NCBI GenBank assembly: GCA_964016885.1
Contig: OZ024747.1
Span: 44,702,001 to 44,766,000, forward strand
Reading direction: 5' to 3'
Length of the DNA stretch: 64,000 nt
DNA from: Eledone cirrhosa
Lineage: Eukaryota
Shown: piece after piece, positions 40,834-54,610 of the stretch
How the letters are laid out: the number at the start of each line of letters is the position of its first letter
How positions within the stretch are numbered: position 1 is the first letter of the stretch
The notes under the pieces: model-generated
Seen by the model: the letters and a program-made list of their open reading frames with translations, nothing else
Database searches by the model: none
What the model was told of the DNA's origin: nothing
Translations under genes and position numbers: made by a program

Positions 40834-42039
40834 AATTAACTGTATTTGCTGATAGTTTTTTTGGCATGACATGCCCTCTTCAGCGAAAAGTACTGGATAA
40901 TTAATTGATTATCATGTTTAAATCACAGATGAAGAAGATCAAGAGAGGAATGTGTGGGCACCATGTGGTTGTTCTATTTACATTTCAGGCATAGACATGT
41001 GATATTTGTTCTCTACGGAGTTACAAAAGTCCCTGTGTCATTTTCACCATCAGATGTGCAATGAAGCAATAATTGGAAAAACTGTAATCAACTATTGTTT
41101 ATTAATTGTGATATGAAATATGAAAAAAGTAAATAAACATTCCTTTTCACTCCCTTAAAAATATATAGGACCTTGTATTTAGTTTTCCCTTCTCCCTCCA
41201 AGAAAAATATTTATTAATGTACCTATTATTGAGTCTCTGTTATTTTCAAGAGATATCAAAATTCATTTCACATCTGTCTTGCTTCCTCAAATACTTCCCA
41301 TCCTTCTGTTGCTTTTTGTTTTATCATTTTACCATAACACATTCTTGCTCCGTTGCTCTTTAATGCTAAATATACAATCCTTGCAAGCTTAATGTTTCTA
41401 ATAACTTTTGGTATTTATCTGATTCCTGCTATTTCTTCTCCCATACCTCCACCACTATTTGATTGACTCCTACATTTCAACAGCCTGTTCATAACCATCT
41501 TGTTAGGCTTTATTTCAATATTCACTGACTGGAGGATAAGCTAGATTCTGAGATGTTTCTAAAGAAACTCTATCCTTTGCTTTTCATCCTATCAAGCTTG
41601 ATAAAATAAAACATCAGTTGAGCACTGGGGTCAATATATTTTCCTAAAATGTGTCTGAGATATGAATAGAATTATAAAATGAGACAGAGACTACTCCATG
41701 TAAAATGACCTTGGGTTCAGTGATACAAAGCTTTCTGCTTTAAAGTGTTCAGATTTAAAATTAAAATCTTCCATCAGTGTTTTGTATAAGAATCTTTTGT
41801 GAACACTTTTGAGATCAAACTTCCCTTGGTTCTATGACAGAATACTAATACTATGTAAGAACTTTTAAATTATGCTCCAAACACAAGCTTAATAATGAGA
41901 AAGTTAGTTATGTTAGTAAATCCCTTCAAAATCTTGGTGTTTTTTATTCTGATATATTAATTAAAGTATTAAGCTATAGTCTAAACACTATCTAATTTTA
42001 TTAAATATCCCCAAATTTCTGAATATATTTAAAATTAAT

Positions 42040-42222
42040 AGAAATATATTGGTAGTGTACTTCATTAGAAATATATTGGGAGTATACTTCATATGGTACT
42101 TTACTAGAAATATATTTGTAGTGTACTTCAACAGAAATATATTGGTAGAATACCCCATTAAAACATATATTGGTAGTGTACTTCATTAAAAATATATTGG
42201 TTGTGTACTTCATTAAAAATAT
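42040..42222. repeat. ~27-bp tandem array
   Basis: Unit gaaatatattggtagtgtacttcatta. Confidence 0.8.
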
Positions 42223-43433
42223 GTCAATTAATGGGTTAATTATGTATGTTTTCTTGCTTTCTAAATGTTTTTGTTTATATATGGCAGAAGGCACGAGAAT
42301 AGATTTCAAAATGCTGAGTCTAACAGAGATGTTAGAAGAATGCAGCAGATGGAGAGAAGCTGTGCTGGAAAAGTCCTAGACATAAAAAGGTGTTGATGTT
42401 GATGATGATGTTTTGTACATTTTTTTGTGTAGATGGGTAAAAGAAAATATTTCGTTTGTTAGTACCAGAATGATAGATAGATCAAACAATTTACCTGACT
42501 TATATCCAAGCCAATAAATATGGAATGTAAATGCTGTAGTTGGTATTCTTCTATTCTCAAATTCTGTTATTTTTTATTAACCTTTTAGTTACCACATTTC
42601 TAATGATTTTCAAACTATTAAAAAAAAAATAAAGAATATGGATGGATTTAATAATATAATTTTCTCATTATTAGTCTGGTTTGGGGGGGGGGGGGGCATA
42701 ACTTACGAATGTTCTTACCTAAAATTATGATAGAAGGTTTTTAGATGAATATAAACATTTTAAAATGAACGAAATTACCAAGAGGAGGAGGAGAAGAAGA
42801 GAGTTGGAAGAGAGGGAGAAAAAGAGGGAGGGCAAAAAGAAGGAAAAGGTGAAGAAGGTCACAGAGAAAAAGAGGGAGGACAAGGAGAAGGAGAAGAAAG
42901 GCAGATTGTTGAAGACCAGGCTGGCCTATTTAATTAGAGGTACAGTCCATCTGACAGGCTTCCAAACAGTTTCCATCTAATCAATTTCACTCACAAGACA
43001 TTGGTCAACCCAAGACTACAGTAAATGACACTTGCCCAAGATTCCCTATTGTGTAATTGAACCCAGAACCTAAGGATTGTGAAAGAAACTTTTTAACCAT
43101 TCTGCTATACTGTGTGAAGTGGATGGAGGATGGCAATTACAAACAAGAAATTAAATTGCATTTATTTAGTAGCTAGAAATTCTTCAAAGTTGATGTTTTC
43201 ACTGGAGTTCATCTGTCTGACAAGATGCCTGCCAATTGAAAGTTGTCAAAAGATGAAAAAAAAAAGGATGTGAAATTGAATATAATATCTAATTGATGTA
43301 AAATAATTTGGTATTATGAAAGAAAAAAAATGTTGATCTTAAATTAGTTAAAGGAAATGACACTTATGAATTTTAGATAACCTATACAAAAGAAAAGTAT
43401 TTTTTTCTCCATCTAATCAATTATGTGTTTATA

Positions 43434-43672
<239 letters not shown>

Positions 43673-43854
43673 ATTCTAGATATATTTTGTGATAAATTTG
43701 ATGCTATATATCTTTTTGATAGTTAAATGAATTGTCATAGCGTGCTTGATGTGGTAAAGTAAATCTATATAAAAATCTGTTCAGTTGTGTATTTATGTAT
43801 ACTGGAGAACAATGGAATCTATATATAAAGGCTTTTAATTAAATATTAAGTAAT

Positions 43855-44278
43855 TCTTAACATCCTGTAATTAGCAGAAAATATTTAAAGATGGATTTGT
43901 TTATTCAAATGATTATATTATATTTACTACTAGACAGATTATTGTGAAAATTTACAGTATTAGAGTAAAGTAAGAATTTTAATTTTCAATGTAATCATAA
44001 TGTTGTTTTTCTAATTCTCAAGAATGCCTCACTAATGTACAGGATGTTAAGAGTTAACTCTTTAGCATTTAAACCGACCATATCCGGCCAGAATTCTCTC
44101 ACGTCTTTCTGTTCAAACCGACTGTAACTGGCTGCTCAGACTTATGTTAAGGTATTGTTCTCAAAATAAATAATATCAAAATCTCCTCGATTCAATATCA
44201 TGGGAGATAATTATGTAAGGTAAAGCCTCTACTGTGAAAATACAATAGTAAATATAGAGTAATGTAAATGCTAAAGGG
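43855..44278. mobile_element. Two adjacent TTAA MITEs (family 3 then family 1) sharing the TTAA at 44054
   Basis: cttaacatcctgta...tacaggatgttaagag|ttaa|ctctttagcattt...aatgctaaaggg|ttaa. Confidence 0.8.
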
Positions 44279-46751
44279 TTAAACTCTAAGCCGCACTCCC
44301 TCTCTGTTTTTGACAAAACTCAGCAACTGCAAGGAATTCATAAAGACGTCAGCAGTTAATGGAACTCAAAGTTTCCCTCTCTCTGTCTTCATATAAAACT
44401 CAGTCACAGGAAAGAAATAGTGGAGAATTCAATTGCACTGTCCCCCCTCTTCTCTCTCTTTCTGCCTTCATACAAAACTCAGCCAGAGGAATTGGTAGAA
44501 CTGGTTGCTATCTACTTTAGTTTCAGCTTGTTTTAATATAAGACATGTTTCAGTTGAATGAAACATTGATAAGCCATATCTCTTTGAACATTTGGAAGTA
44601 AACACATGCTGTTTAACCTCATTGAATTAATATTCCTCTTAGGCCAACAGAAGTTGACCTTCTGATAGTACATAGGTAATAAAACAAGAACTTACACACA
44701 TGCACTGACACACATACACAGACACACATACACAGACACAGACACACATACATACTTTATTGTTGTTCCTCACTTCTATAATTTCTACAAAGGTAAGGTT
44801 TAATTTGAAGTGGATTTGGCTGCTATATTCAGCAAATTGAATGGCCCTTTAGAAGCTTTCTTCTTAGCTCAACAACTATATAATGTTTTTGTTATTATTT
44901 TATACCTAGGTCAACCCTAAAGGTATTCTAGTGATAGCCATCCTGTATTTTTAGATATATCTAGATTTAACCCTTACCTTAACGCTAGGTCAACTCTAAT
45001 CAAGCATGCCTATGATTAATAGCATTCCAGCCATAACCTCCCCATCTTTTATTTCAGGGTTTATGTATATAAGACTACATTATTCATCTCCTTTAGTATT
45101 TTAACGCTTTCTTTACCATATTCCTAATGAAAGACACTGCTTGGACCCCAGAGAGCTGAGCCCCTCTGTAAAATCAAATTGATACCAATCCATCTGAAGA
45201 ATGAGCCCTTTTAGTTGGAGTGGCTTTTGTAGCAGGTGTTGCTGGCCATTGTCTGTGGAAATACCTTTGCCATTTTGTCTACAGGGCGCAGCTGAAACAC
45301 AGCTCTGGCCTAAGAGTAGAGTCTGTCACTCTCTCCCTGCCTCCTTTCTTTCTTCCTTTGTCTAATAGTTCTTGCTCTTCCACCCCACTTTCCTCTCATT
45401 TATGACATTTATAGTCTTTTCTAATACTGTTTTCTTTTTCTGTATGTTTGACCAATTTATAGTTATATAAAAAAAATGAAAATGTTTCAATATATTTTGA
45501 AAATAACCAAGAATTTGAAGAGATTTAGTAATATAACTATCTCTCATTATCAAGATGGTGTTAGAAGCTTAACACTTTCAATACTAATCTGTCTGCGACA
45601 CCCATGATTCTATTATAGATAATCTCTCAATTTAAATTGTCTGTATTTAAATTTAAACCTTCCATCATAATTTTATGTAAGAACCTAAGTTAAGTTATGT
45701 CCCAAATACCAGTTTATTAATGAGAAATATATTTTACTAAACTCATCTAAATTCTTGATTATTTTCAAAATTATTTAATAATTATAGGCAGAATTTTTCA
45801 TTTGTGTTAAGGTTCTTACATAAATTTATGGTGGAAGGTTTTTCACATAAATATAAACACTTTAAAGAAAAAAAAAATACTTGTACCATAGAACCAGAGG
45901 TGGGTTCTGGTAAGTGGGCTATTATTTGAGAGAGATTTGACTGCTATTTCTAGCTTGTCGACTTAGGTCATATAAAGTTGTTTATGATGAATGTTTAACA
46001 GAGAAATGTCATTAACATTTCCTAGCCATAGTATAGTTTTATATGTTATCCACATGTGTTCACGACATATGCTCATCATTGTCATTGAAGATATATATCA
46101 GGTTGACTTTTTTTTAATCAGTCACTCAGCATAGGTGGTGGTTGTGGGTGGGGTGAGGTGAAGAAAAGAAAAAGAGAAAAAATATAAATCAAAATGCTAC
46201 AAAAGACAAAAGACAAACAAAAAAGAACTCAAAGTGGAATGAATATATATGTACAGACTATGCAGATAGAATGTGTGATCACATATAAATGTATGATTCT
46301 ATATGTATAAAAGTGGTTTATTTTTAGGAATCTCTCTAAGAGGAATAATCTCTATGAGATGAAAAGTAGATTAGAAAGTGTATATTTAAAAATATAATGT
46401 TTGAAGAATTTTTGTTGTTGTTTAGTTAGTTTTTTAATGCTTTTTGTTTTGTTTGTTTACATTTTTCCCTCTATGTAACTATAATTGGAGAGCAAAAGAT
46501 TGTTGAGTCATTCAACTAAAGAAATTGATGGTTCATATTGCTTTATTATCACTGCTGTTGTGTTTATAGACCAACACTTGTTACTGGCTGTTGTTTAGCC
46601 TATAAGTCAGATCTATGAGATCAAAGATACTCTAACCATGGCCATCTCACCATTTTTCTATATCAGTGACTATGTTGTCCATAGTGACTCTTGTCCAGAT
46701 GGTTGACTGTAATTTGGCAGCTGCTATTTCTAGCAAGTTGAGTGAAATCCA

Positions 46752-47203
46752 GGAGTAAAAGTCACAGGAGAAAACAACACAGGAGAAAACATCACTGAAG
46801 AAAATGTCATAGGAAAAAAAGTCCCAGGTGAAATGGTCCTTGGGAAAAATGTGACAATATAAACATTATACATGACTTCTCCCCTGGCAAGTAACATGTA
46901 GCCCCCCCCCCCCATCTCATTTTCAATCCTCACTCTAGGTGGCAACACAGCTAACACTAGTGTTGTAATGAAGTAGTGCTGGTGCCATGATAAAATACTT
47001 GCAGGTCACTCTGTTAAGAGGTAGTACTGGGACTTCAATGAAAAGCATCAAGCCTACACTGTATGGTGGTAGTACTAGTGCTTTGATGAAAACCATTCAA
47101 TCTATGCTGCCAACACGAAATGCATTCAGGTCATACATCTAAATAAAATGTTCCTTTTTTTTTAGCCAAAGTGACATTTTTTCCTGTGATTTTATTTCTC
47201 TCC
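46752..47203. mobile_element. MITE-like element with 15-bp subterminal repeats
   Basis: Left ggagtaaaagtcacaggagaaaa (repeated) is inverted relative to right ttttttcctgtgattttatttctctcc. Confidence 0.55.
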
Positions 47204-48599
47204 ACCATTTGAGCTACATCATAGAGGCCACTTCTGTATTGCCTGGTCCATCTAGATGTAAATTAGTTATTAAGCAGACTGAGGTTGTAAATATACAACA
47301 CAATTTTTTTTTTGTAGCATCGTTCAATCCCAAATTACTTGTATATTATATCATATAGATAACTGAAATAAATATTCTGAAATCAATAGCAAAGCATTAC
47401 TCAGAAATTTATCATAAATACACTTCAATAAAATCATAATCATCCACAGAGCAACAGATGACATGTGCTTATCATTGATCAACAGCAATAATTTCTCTCT
47501 GTAAAAGGAAATAAAAGGAATAGACAAAAATGTTGACTGTAAAACCATTAAGAATATTGATTCAATTGCAATTTTTAATAATAAATTCTTTTTATGAAAT
47601 CTCTGATGACTAATGGCTAAAAATGGCTGTGGAGTTAAAAATTGATCTTTACAGCTATGTATGTTTTTGGTTCAATCCCACTGCACATTACATTGCATAA
47701 GTATCATTTAACATTGCCTTGGATCAACCAAGACTTTCTCAGTGAAATCTAGTAGTCACAGGCTGTGTGGAAGCCTGTCAGAAAAATAATTTCTGTTTAC
47801 TGAATGGTAAACTTAACCCATAACTTGGTTTAACACAACCACCTGCCCTATGAGAAATTATGGGACCTAATTGCAGCAACAAATAAGAACATGGTACTAA
47901 AAATAACAAAACAACTAAAAAAAAATGTTTATACACCACCAAAGAAAAAACTAAAAGTTTTGGACATTTAATTAGTAATATGGTTTACAGAGGTTTAAGA
48001 GGATAATATCAAGAATTAGACAACCTTAACTCTTAATATCAAACTGTCTGAAACCACCCTGGTTCTATGATACAGAGATGTTACCCTAATTTTATTTTCC
48101 GGCCAAGCCACCTGATAGCTCTATGTGTGGATAAGGCTGATGAGCCCATGTACAAAGGCTTCTAAACTATACGTTTTTGCCTACATTAAGTTCCAGCAGC
48201 TAATGGGGGTAAGGAACACTAGCTTGATAACGACCAGAGTCAGAAATGATGACATCATTATCGCTACTTACTTGTCCTTAGCTTTTGCTGGAACACTCTA
48301 GATGGCGCTATGCCATCAATTTCCAAATGATAGCTGAAGGCGTTCAAAATGTTTATTTATTAACATACCATATATTGCCAGATATACAAATTCATGTATT
48401 TCATAGAGACGTATATTTTAAAGTGTTTATATTTATCTAAAAATCCTTCATTAACATTTATGTTCCAAACACCAACTTAATAATAAAAAGTTATATTACT
48501 AAATCCTTCCAAATTCTTGATTATTTTCAAAATGATTTGAAAATCATAGGAATTGTTTTTCATTAGGTGCTCTCTGACTGGTGAGTTAAAAGAAGGTAA

Positions 48600-48830
48600 T
48601 ATTTAGGTTAAGCATCTGCATGTTGAAATCTGTATAAAATATGTGTTGGAAAGTCATTTCAGAGAGTACTCCACTTCTTGGAAGAAATGGTTATGGAAAG
48701 TGTTTTGATCATAATCTGGGAGGTAAGAAATGGAGGAAAGAAGGATGTGTCAAAGGAACATATCTGGAGTGAGGTGGGGTGTGAAGACAGATTTCAGATG
48801 AGCAGAAGAAAGTGTAGTAGCAGTAGAAGT
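48600..48830 (-). mobile_element. Possible CR1/Jockey-type LINE 3' remnant
   Basis: Weak FLPRS...IFYTDFNMQ similarity to the LINE ORF2 C-terminus. Confidence 0.3.
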
Positions 48831-49404
48831 GGAGTGAGAAATAGTGACTGTGAATTACTAGTGGTAGCATTTTGGTGAATTACACCTGATTTTGAAAGTG
48901 ATATTAAAGATTGTTTATTTGTCTACTATAACTTTGTCAATGGAGACTAAAAACAATAGAATTCATCTGAAATCTTTCACTAATAAATCACGGATTTAGC
49001 ATCAAAATCACAACATAACACCTCGGTTTACCATTTTATTTGTTTTCATACTAAAAACAAAGGAATTCAAATGAAATGATTTGCTAATAAATCACAAACT
49101 TAGCATCAAAATTACAACATAACACATTGGTCAAACATTCTTGTTTTCTTTCAGAAACCCAAAAAAGAAAACAATTCCAACACCACTGTCACCACCGCCG
49201 CCATCACCACCACCACCGCTGCCCCCACCACCTCCACCGTCACCACCTCCACCGTCACCACCACCACCGTCACCACTACTACCACCACTGCTGCCAATAC
49301 CACCATCACCACCACCACCACCACTGCCAATTCCACCACCGCTGATAAACAATACAATGGCATTCAACTGAATATATTTACTGTAATTCATATAGTTTTC
49401 ATAT

Positions 49405-49988
49405 GGCAGAATTGTCAGAGAATCAGGCAAATGGTTTGAGGTATTTGTTTTGGCTCTTTATCTTCTGAGTTCAAATCCCACTGAGATCAACTTGCCTCTC
49501 ATTCTTTCGAAGTTAATAAAATAAAGTATTAGTAAAGTATTGGGGTTGACGCAATTGACTTTTCTCTCTTCATAAATTGTTGGTCTTATGCCTAAATTAG
49601 AAATAATTATTAGCCAATGGCAGTGGATTGGCAGTATCGGTACGGCCCTTTACATTCTGAGTTCAAATCCCGCCGAGGTTAACTTTGCCTTTCATCCTTA
49701 CGGGGTCGATAAATAAAATAAAGTACCAGTAATGCACTGGTGTAATTGCTGATCTTGTGCCAAAAGTAGAAACAATTATATATATATATAAGGGTCGGAT
49801 TGGCAGTATCGGTAGAGGGTCGGACGCCATGCTTTGACGCATAGAGTTACGGCCCTTTACATTCTGAGTTCAAATCCCGCCGAGGTTAACTTTGCCTTTC
49901 ATCCTTACGGGGGTCGATAAATAAAATAAAGTACCAGTAATGCACTGGTGTAATTGCTGGTCTTGTGCCAAACGTAGAAACAATTAAT
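49405..49988 (+). mobile_element. Three head-to-tail family-A SINEs
   Basis: Copies at ~49405, 49618 (internally deleted) and 49792; the last two share gataaataaaataaag. Confidence 0.88.
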
Positions 49989-50157
49989 AACACTGTTCAA
50001 GCAAACAGTGATGTTTGTTTAGGTCTCTCATAAACATTGTGTTCTGCCACTTAGTAGTTCAACTTAACAATATGTATGCTTTGATAGCAAGAAGGGCATC
50101 CAATGGCAGAATATTGCTTCTGAAAAAGTCTTGTCCGGCCCACATCAGCATGGGGAA

Positions 50158-51011
50158 ATGATGATGGTGATAATGATGATGATGATGATGATGATGAGGA
50201 TGAAGATGATGGTGGTGATGATGATGGCGGCGGTGGTGGTGGTGGTGGTGGTGGAGATGGGGATGAAGAGGATGATGATGATTGTGGTGGTGGTGGTGGT
50301 GGTGGTGGGGATGAAGAGGACGATGATGATTGTGGTGGTGGTGGTGGTGGTGATGATGAAGAGGACGATGATGATTGTGGTGGTGGTGGTGGTGATGGTG
50401 ATGGTGGTGATGGTGATCGGGATGAAGAGGACGATGATGATTGTGGTGGTGGTGGTGGTGGGGATGAAGAGGACGATGATGATTGTGGTGGTGGTGGTGG
50501 TGGTGGGGATGAAGAGGACGATGATGATTGTGGTGGTGGTGGTGGTGGTGGTGATGATGGTGATGGTGATCGGGATAAAGAGGACGATGATGATTGTGGT
50601 GGTGGTGGTGGTGGTGGGGATGAAGAGGACGATGATGATTGTGGTGGTGGTGGTGGTGGTGGTGGTGATGGTGGTGATGGTGATCGGGATGAAGAGGACG
50701 ATGATGATTGTGGTGGTGGTGGTGGTGATGGTGATCGGGATGAAGAGGACGATGATGATTGTGGTGGTGGTGGTGGTGGTGGTGGTGATGGTGGTGATGG
50801 TGATCGGGATGAAGAGGACGATGATGATTGTGGTGGTGATGGTGGTGATGGTGATCGGGATGAAGAGGACGATGATGATTGTGGTGGTGGTGGTGGTGGT
50901 GGTGGTGGTGGTGGTGGGGATGAAGATGATGATGAAAATGATTGGAGTGATGATGGGGATGATGGTGATAGAGATGATGATGATGATGGTGATGGAGATG
51001 GAGATGAAGAA

Positions 51012-51042
<31 letters not shown>

Positions 51043-51082
51043 GTGGTGGTGATGGAGATGAAGATAATGAGGAGGATGATGA
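50158..51082. repeat. GAT/GGT compound array
   Basis: Recurring gggatgaagaggacgatgatgattgt(ggt)n. Confidence 0.9.
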
Positions 51083-51109
51083 CAGGTTGAAAAAATAAAG
51101 TAACATTTA

Positions 51110-53068
51110 TGTACTCTGATTGATCCTACAGACTTATCTCAAGAGGAAAACAGCCGGAAAAACTGGCATTTATGCTGAATTGTTTAATACTTTTGATATC
51201 AAACTGTTAAAACTACTCTAGTTCTAACATACAAAGCTGTTTGTTTTAACCATTTAGAATTTAAACCAGCCATATCTGACCAGAATTCTCTCACCTCTTT
51301 CTGTTCAAACTGGCCATAACCAGTTCATACTTATGTTAAGGTATTGTTCTCAAAATAGATAATATCAAAATCTCGTAGATTTGATATTATCTGAGATAAA
51401 ATGTTTACCATGAAAATACAATGGTAAAGATAGAGTAATGTAAATTCTAAAGGGTTAAAGTATTGATATTTATCTAAAATCCTTCCATCATAAGTTATAG
51501 TTATATTACTAAATACCTCCAAATTCAAAGGGATTTGAAAATCATATGCAGTGTCTTTCATTGGAAATATGATAAGAAAAGGGTTAACCATTAATATTTC
51601 GCTTATCTCAGCACTTCTGAACCTACTGAGTAATTGGTTATATTGAAGATAGTTTGGCTGACCAGAAAGTTCAAGGGCTTTTACAATTACTTCCACCAAT
51701 CTATATCCTTTGTCTTGTTTGGAATAAATTTCTAAGCTGGAGCATTTTTTATTGATATTTGGCATCCACTCAAGTCTGATAAAGTTAACTAAAGTTATTT
51801 TCATTGTAATTTCTTTGAGACGCTCGGAATTTTAGAGGTAATTTCCAAAACATTTATCAAAAAAGAAAATTAGAATCTAGTTTTAAATAAATGTTTGCTC
51901 TACAAACATTAAACACACAACAAAACAACAGTTCTTTATTTGATGCTGTTAATAAAACTGTATATATGTTTCTTAGGCCTATTAGAATATCTTGAAAATG
52001 CTTACACATATCTTGAAAATGTAACGGCAGAGAAGAGTTTTGTAGAATTCTCTGCTAAAACATCAAAGGTGTCAATTATGTTGATGCTAACTTGTATACA
52101 CAATATGTTACTTCTTCTTGACTGCGTTTTATAATGATAACACGTTTCTCTTAAACCTAATAAATATTCTGTTCCACTATACTTGTAACAAACACATGCA
52201 GACACACAACCAGACAGTTCAGATATATACGTATATATATGTGTGTATGTATATATGTACATGCATATGCATATATGTGTGTGTGTGTATATATATATAT
52301 ATGTGTGTATGTGTGTGTGTGGTATGGAGAGTCGCCAGAAAAATACAATGATTAGATTTATTCTTCCTAAATTAAAAATCAATGTATTTAATTTGACTCT
52401 TTCTCCTTTAGAATAAATTTCTTCTCAACTGAATGCAGCTATTGAAGCATTTAAATCTCCTATTTCTTCCTTTGTGTTTTTATTAGCGTTTTATACCAAC
52501 CAAGGTTACAGTGGTACTAAAGGAAAGAGGTCAATTTTAATTCCAATGCTCAGCGTCCTGTTTATACTTGTTACTTAAACCATTGTATCCGTTCTTGCCC
52601 CTTTCTCTAGCAGACAGTTCACCAAACAATGCCTGGATATTTGTGATATTTGTAGCAGCAAGCATTACATTATTTGATCATGAAAACCTTCATGAAAAAT
52701 CCTGAAAGTGAGGAAGACATTTTCCAAGGAAGATTTTGTTGATACAAGTGAAGAAGTTCATGCTGCCAATAAAAACACTGGCACCAGTTGAGTTTTACTT
52801 TGGTTTTATTATTAGTCAGGTAACTAATCCATTCATTGGTTGGTTTAGTAACTGGATGGTTATTTAATTGTCAAAGCTCTTTTATCACACATTTTGTGAC
52901 CTTCTCAATGACTACTTTGGCCTCTTCTCTCTCTGCTGCATGTGATTTTATTGGCAGCATGTCCCTCCCAAAGTATAAAAATATCTGTTTTAAACATGAT
53001 TTCATATCAAGAATCTTATAAAACAAATACAAAAACAAAATTTTCTTGATAATTTTAGCACATCTCAT
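51110..53068 (-). pseudogene. Fragmented paramyxovirus-like fusion (F) glycoprotein gene
   Basis: ATG at 53068 plus a hydrophobic leader and LKQIFLYFG..IKSH..VVI; STTVTLVGI then ANKNTKEEIGDLNASIAA (52435-52487, HR-A-like); KIPSV..NFIRLEW (~51765-51830). Confidence 0.6.
51187..51583. mobile_element. TTAA MITE family 2 with a family-1 MITE nested at 51250-51454
   Basis: TTAA flanks at both levels; the bodies match other copies. Confidence 0.75.
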
Positions 53069-53452
53069 CTATCTTTAGCGTTTTATATATTGTGTGAACT
53101 CACAACTGCTTTATATAGTGAAGATTAAATCAATAGCTTGAACAATAGCAACTGTATTTGATAGCCGCTTTTCTTTCTGGAAGAGTAGAATAAGTCATAT
53201 TTAGTTACAACTGACAGTTATGATTGATGAGACTGTTTCAGGATACTAGACATTGCTTTAAGGTTGTGTGTTAAAGATGAAGACAGAAGGTTGATTAAAA
53301 CTTTGAAAGCTAAAACTCATTAAAATAGCACACAAATTGAGATGCGAATGTGTTGAGTTAACCCTTTAAGTATATGAGTTATTGGTTTTGCATATTTGTA
53401 TGCTGAGAAGTGGAAGACGTCATTAAGCTGTTCTTATTTTATAAAGTATTAA

Positions 53453-54012
53453 CCTTTTCATTACTACATTTTTAATGAGAGACACCACCTATGATTTAGA
53501 AGGATTTAGTAATATAACTAACTTTCTCATTGTTAAGCTGGTGTAGGCCAGTGGATTGGCAGTGCTGGTAGAACATTGGACAACATGCTCTGCAACATAG
53601 AGTTGCATCCCTTTATGTTCTGAGTTAAAATCCCACAGAGATTAGCTTTGCCCTTTATCCTTACAGAGTTGATAAAATAAAGTACCAGTAACACACTGGA
53701 GTCGATTTAATTGAGTTTCCCTTTCCCTTCAAATTGCTGGCCTTGTGCCAAAAGTAGAAACAATTATTAAGCTGGTGTTTGGAACATATCTTAAAGGTTC
53801 TACAAAATTATGATAGTAAGATTTTAGATTAACACAAACTATTTAAACATATTTGTATCATAGAACCATTGTTAGTTTTGTAGTGGTGGTGGTAGGGTTG
53901 ATATTAAAAATGTTAAAGTATAGAAGTTTAAATATTAATTTTTATGTTTTTTGGAGGGATGTGGTGGAGTGATATTATCTAAGTCTAAGGATTAATTAGT
54001 ATATGTAAAGGG
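53453..54012. mobile_element. TTAA MITE family 2 with a family-A SINE nested at ~53546-53766
   Basis: TTAA at 53449 and 54013; SINE TSD ttaagctggtgt. Confidence 0.78.
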
Positions 54013-54399
54013 TTAAATTGCAGCAAAATCTTCAAGAATAAAACTTTTATATGATATCGATTTGGGGTTCTTTACTTTAGAAACAAAAATATGATTTTGT
54101 GATATTCATGCTTTTTCAGAAAGTATTTTTGATAAAGGTAAAATAAAAAACACGTTGCTATTTGGAATTAAAATCATATGACAGATGTTGAAGGCTAGAG
54201 GTTAACTACAATTCCACAATGCCAGCTCTGTACTTAAAGTTTTATGTCTCCAACATAAGTACATGCATGGCTGTGTTGTTAGAAGTTCACTTTGCAGCCA
54301 CATGGTTCTGAGTTTAGTCACACTGGATGGCATCATGGGCAAATGTCTTCTACTATAACTTCTGGCTGAATCCTATTGCTTTTTAATGACCACTGGTGG

Positions 54400-54610
54400 A
54401 GATACAGTAGCCAAATAAACAACCTGGACAATATGCTTGATGGAGTTACACCCCTTTACGATCTTAGTTCAAATCCTGCCGAGGTTAACTTTGCCTTTCA
54501 TCCTTACGGGGGTTGATAAAATAAAGTACCAGTAATGTACTGGGGTCGATTTAATCAACTCCCCCTCCCCCAAAATTGTTGGCCTTGTGCCTAAATCAGA
54601 AACTAATGTT
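54400..54610 (+). mobile_element. tRNA-SINE family A
   Basis: Box B and core are intact. Confidence 0.8.

Noticed and set aside
49141-51106. Pro/Ser-rich 'extensin-like' ORFs
   Set aside because: They are translations of CCA/TCA trinucleotide arrays.
51977-52068. Apparent plus-strand host exon (ag|GLLEYLENAY...TSK|gt)
   Set aside because: No partner exons or recognisable domain were found, and it is better explained as the antisense of the F-like remnant. RNA-seq would settle it.
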